Both the position numbers and the translations under genes were made by a program. DNA of 64,000 nt from the human T2T-CHM13v2.0 reference genome, Homo sapiens: NCBI RefSeq assembly GCF_009914755.1, contig NC_060932.1; one strand, written 5' to 3'. Positions 62,150 to 64,000 of the stretch are shown piece by piece. Position 1 is the stretch's first letter; every line of letters starts with the position of its first letter. Under the pieces are notes generated by a model. The model did not search any database and had not been told where the DNA came from. It was given only the letters and a program-made list of their open reading frames with translations.

Positions 62150-64000
62150 GCATGTTGATATACAATTTGCCTAGCATCATTTGGGAAAAAACTATCCTTT
62201 CTCCTTCAGGTTACCTTTGCACCTTTGTAAAAAAATCAGTTGAAAATAAATGTGTTGGTCAATTTTGGGGCTGTTTGTTCTGCTTCATTGATCTATTTGT
62301 CTATCTTGATACCAGTACTATACTTTCTTTTTTTTTATTACTGTAGCTTTATTATGCTATCATAAATGGGATTGTTTGCTTGATTTCTTTTTTGGATAGG
62401 TTGTTAGTAGTGTATTAAAATACTGTTGATTTTTGTATATTGATTTTATATCCTGCAACTTTACTGAATTTATTATTTCTAACAGTTTTTTGGTTGAGTC
62501 TTTAGGATTTTTTATATATAAGATTATGTCATCTGTAAACAGATACAATTTAACTTCTCTCTGATTCGGACACCTTTTCTTTCTTTCCCTTACCTAATTT
62601 CTCTGGCGAGAACTTCTAGGACTATGTTCAATAGAAGTTGTGAGAGTAAGCATCCTCATCTTTTTCCTGATCTTGGAGGAAAAGCTTTCACCTTTTCACC
62701 ATTGAATATGATATTAATTTTGGACTTGTCATAGATTGCCTTTAATGTGTTGAGGTACATTTCTTCTATGTTTAATTTGTTGAGAGCTTTTATCATGAAA
62801 GGATATTGTACGTGGTCAAATGATTTTTCTGCATCTATTGAGATGATCATATGGCATTTATCCTCCATTTTAGTAATGTGATTTATCACATTTATTGATT
62901 TGTATATGTGGAACCATAGTTATATCCCAGAGATAAATCTCTCTTGATCATGGTAAATAATCTTTTTAAAGTGCTGTTGAGTCAACTTGCCAATATTTCA
63001 TTGAAAACTTTTGCATCTATATTCATCAGAGATGTTTGCCTATAATTTTCTTTTCTTATAGTGTTCTTATCTGGCTTTTGTATCAGGGTAATGCTGGCCT
63101 TGTAAAATTAGTCTGAAATCTGAAAGTATTCCTTCTTCTTCAGTTTTCTTGAAAGAGTTTGAGAAGGATTGGTATTAGTTATTCTTTTTTTTTTTTTTTT
63201 TTTTCAAGATGGAGTTTCACTCTGTTGCCCAGCCTGGGGTGCAATGGCATGATCTTGGCAACCTCCACCTCCCGGGTTAAAGTGATTCTCCTGCCTCAGC
63301 CTCCCAAGTAGCTGGGATTACAGACATGTGCCACCATGCCTGGCTAATTCTGTATTTTTAGTAGAGACAAGGTTTCACCATGATGGTAAGACTGGTCACG
63401 AACTCCTGACCTCAGGTAATCCACCGGCCTCGGCCTCCCAAAGTCCTGGGATTACTGACATGAACCTCCATGCCCAGCTGGTATTAGTCATTCTTTAAAT
63501 GTTTTGTAGAATTCAGCCATGAAACCGTCTGGTCCTGGGCTCATCTGTGATGGGAAATTTTATATAACTGATTAAATCTCCTTACTCATGATTGATCTAT
63601 TCAGATTTTCTATTTCTTTATGATTTAGTCTTGGTAAGTTGAATGTCTCTGGGAATTTAACAATTTATTCTAGGCTATCCAGTCTTTTGACTTATAATTG
63701 TTCACAGTAGTTTCTTATGATCTTTTGTTTTTCTGCAGTATCAGTTGTAATGTCCCTCTTTCACTTCTAATTTTAGTTACTTGAGTTCTCTCTTTTTTAG
63801 TTAGCCTAGCTAAAGATTTATCCATTTTGTTTCTCTTTTCAAAAAACCAACTATTAGTTAAATTGATCTATTTTTTTCTAGTCTCTATTTTGTTTATTTC
63901 TGCTCTGATCTTTGTTATTTTCTTCCTTCTACTAACTTTGGGCTTAGCTGGCTTTTCTTTTTCTGGTTTCTTGAGGTAACCTTAGTCTGTTTATTTGAGA
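62150..64000 (-). mobile_element. Old L1 ORF2 (RT region) fragment with a nested reverse AluS (63185-63478)
   Basis: ORF track: [13 protein letters not shown] and LFTDDIILYIKNPKDS (cf. FADD); Alu TSD TGGTATTAGT. Confidence 0.88.

Noticed and set aside
61100-62889. L1 ORF2-like ORFs as an active element
   Set aside because: They are truncated, frameshifted and come from separate old insertions.

Overview
Human (primate) genomic DNA from the EIF3H/UTP23 locus on chr8q23.3-q24.11, recognised from the encoded peptides. The window holds EIF3H coding exon 1 on the - strand (TCT/5'TOP CpG-island promoter near 21.9 kb; positions 1-21.8 kb are intron 1). About 10.7 kb away, divergent on the + strand, is the complete 3-exon CDS of UTP23 (249 aa, PIN-domain SSU processome factor) and its long 3'UTR. 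The rest is mostly repeats: about 30 Alus, L1 fragments, a MER9 solo LTR, ERVL/MaLR remnants, Tigger MITEs and STRs. Nearly all other ORFs in the track are repeat artefacts. I see no new protein-coding system. The most unusual signals are: (i) an HSP90AA1-3'UTR-like retrocopy split by a fold-back hairpin, a 33-bp duplication and an apparently perfect 434-bp copy of DNA 1.5 kb away; (ii) a hairpin-flanked ~110-bp duplication in the UTP23 3' region that creates an ATTAAA plus U/GU-rich poly(A) site; (iii) a ~50-nt two-hairpin polyadenylated retroposon related to an LTR segment 1.6 kb away; (iv) further templated-insertion scars resembling Pol theta end joining; (v) a UTP23 uORF whose stop overlaps the start codon, plus a 5'UTR splice donor. 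Repeat family names and parent-gene identities come from recalled consensus sequences and need RepeatMasker/BLAT confirmation. Repeat boundaries are approximate.
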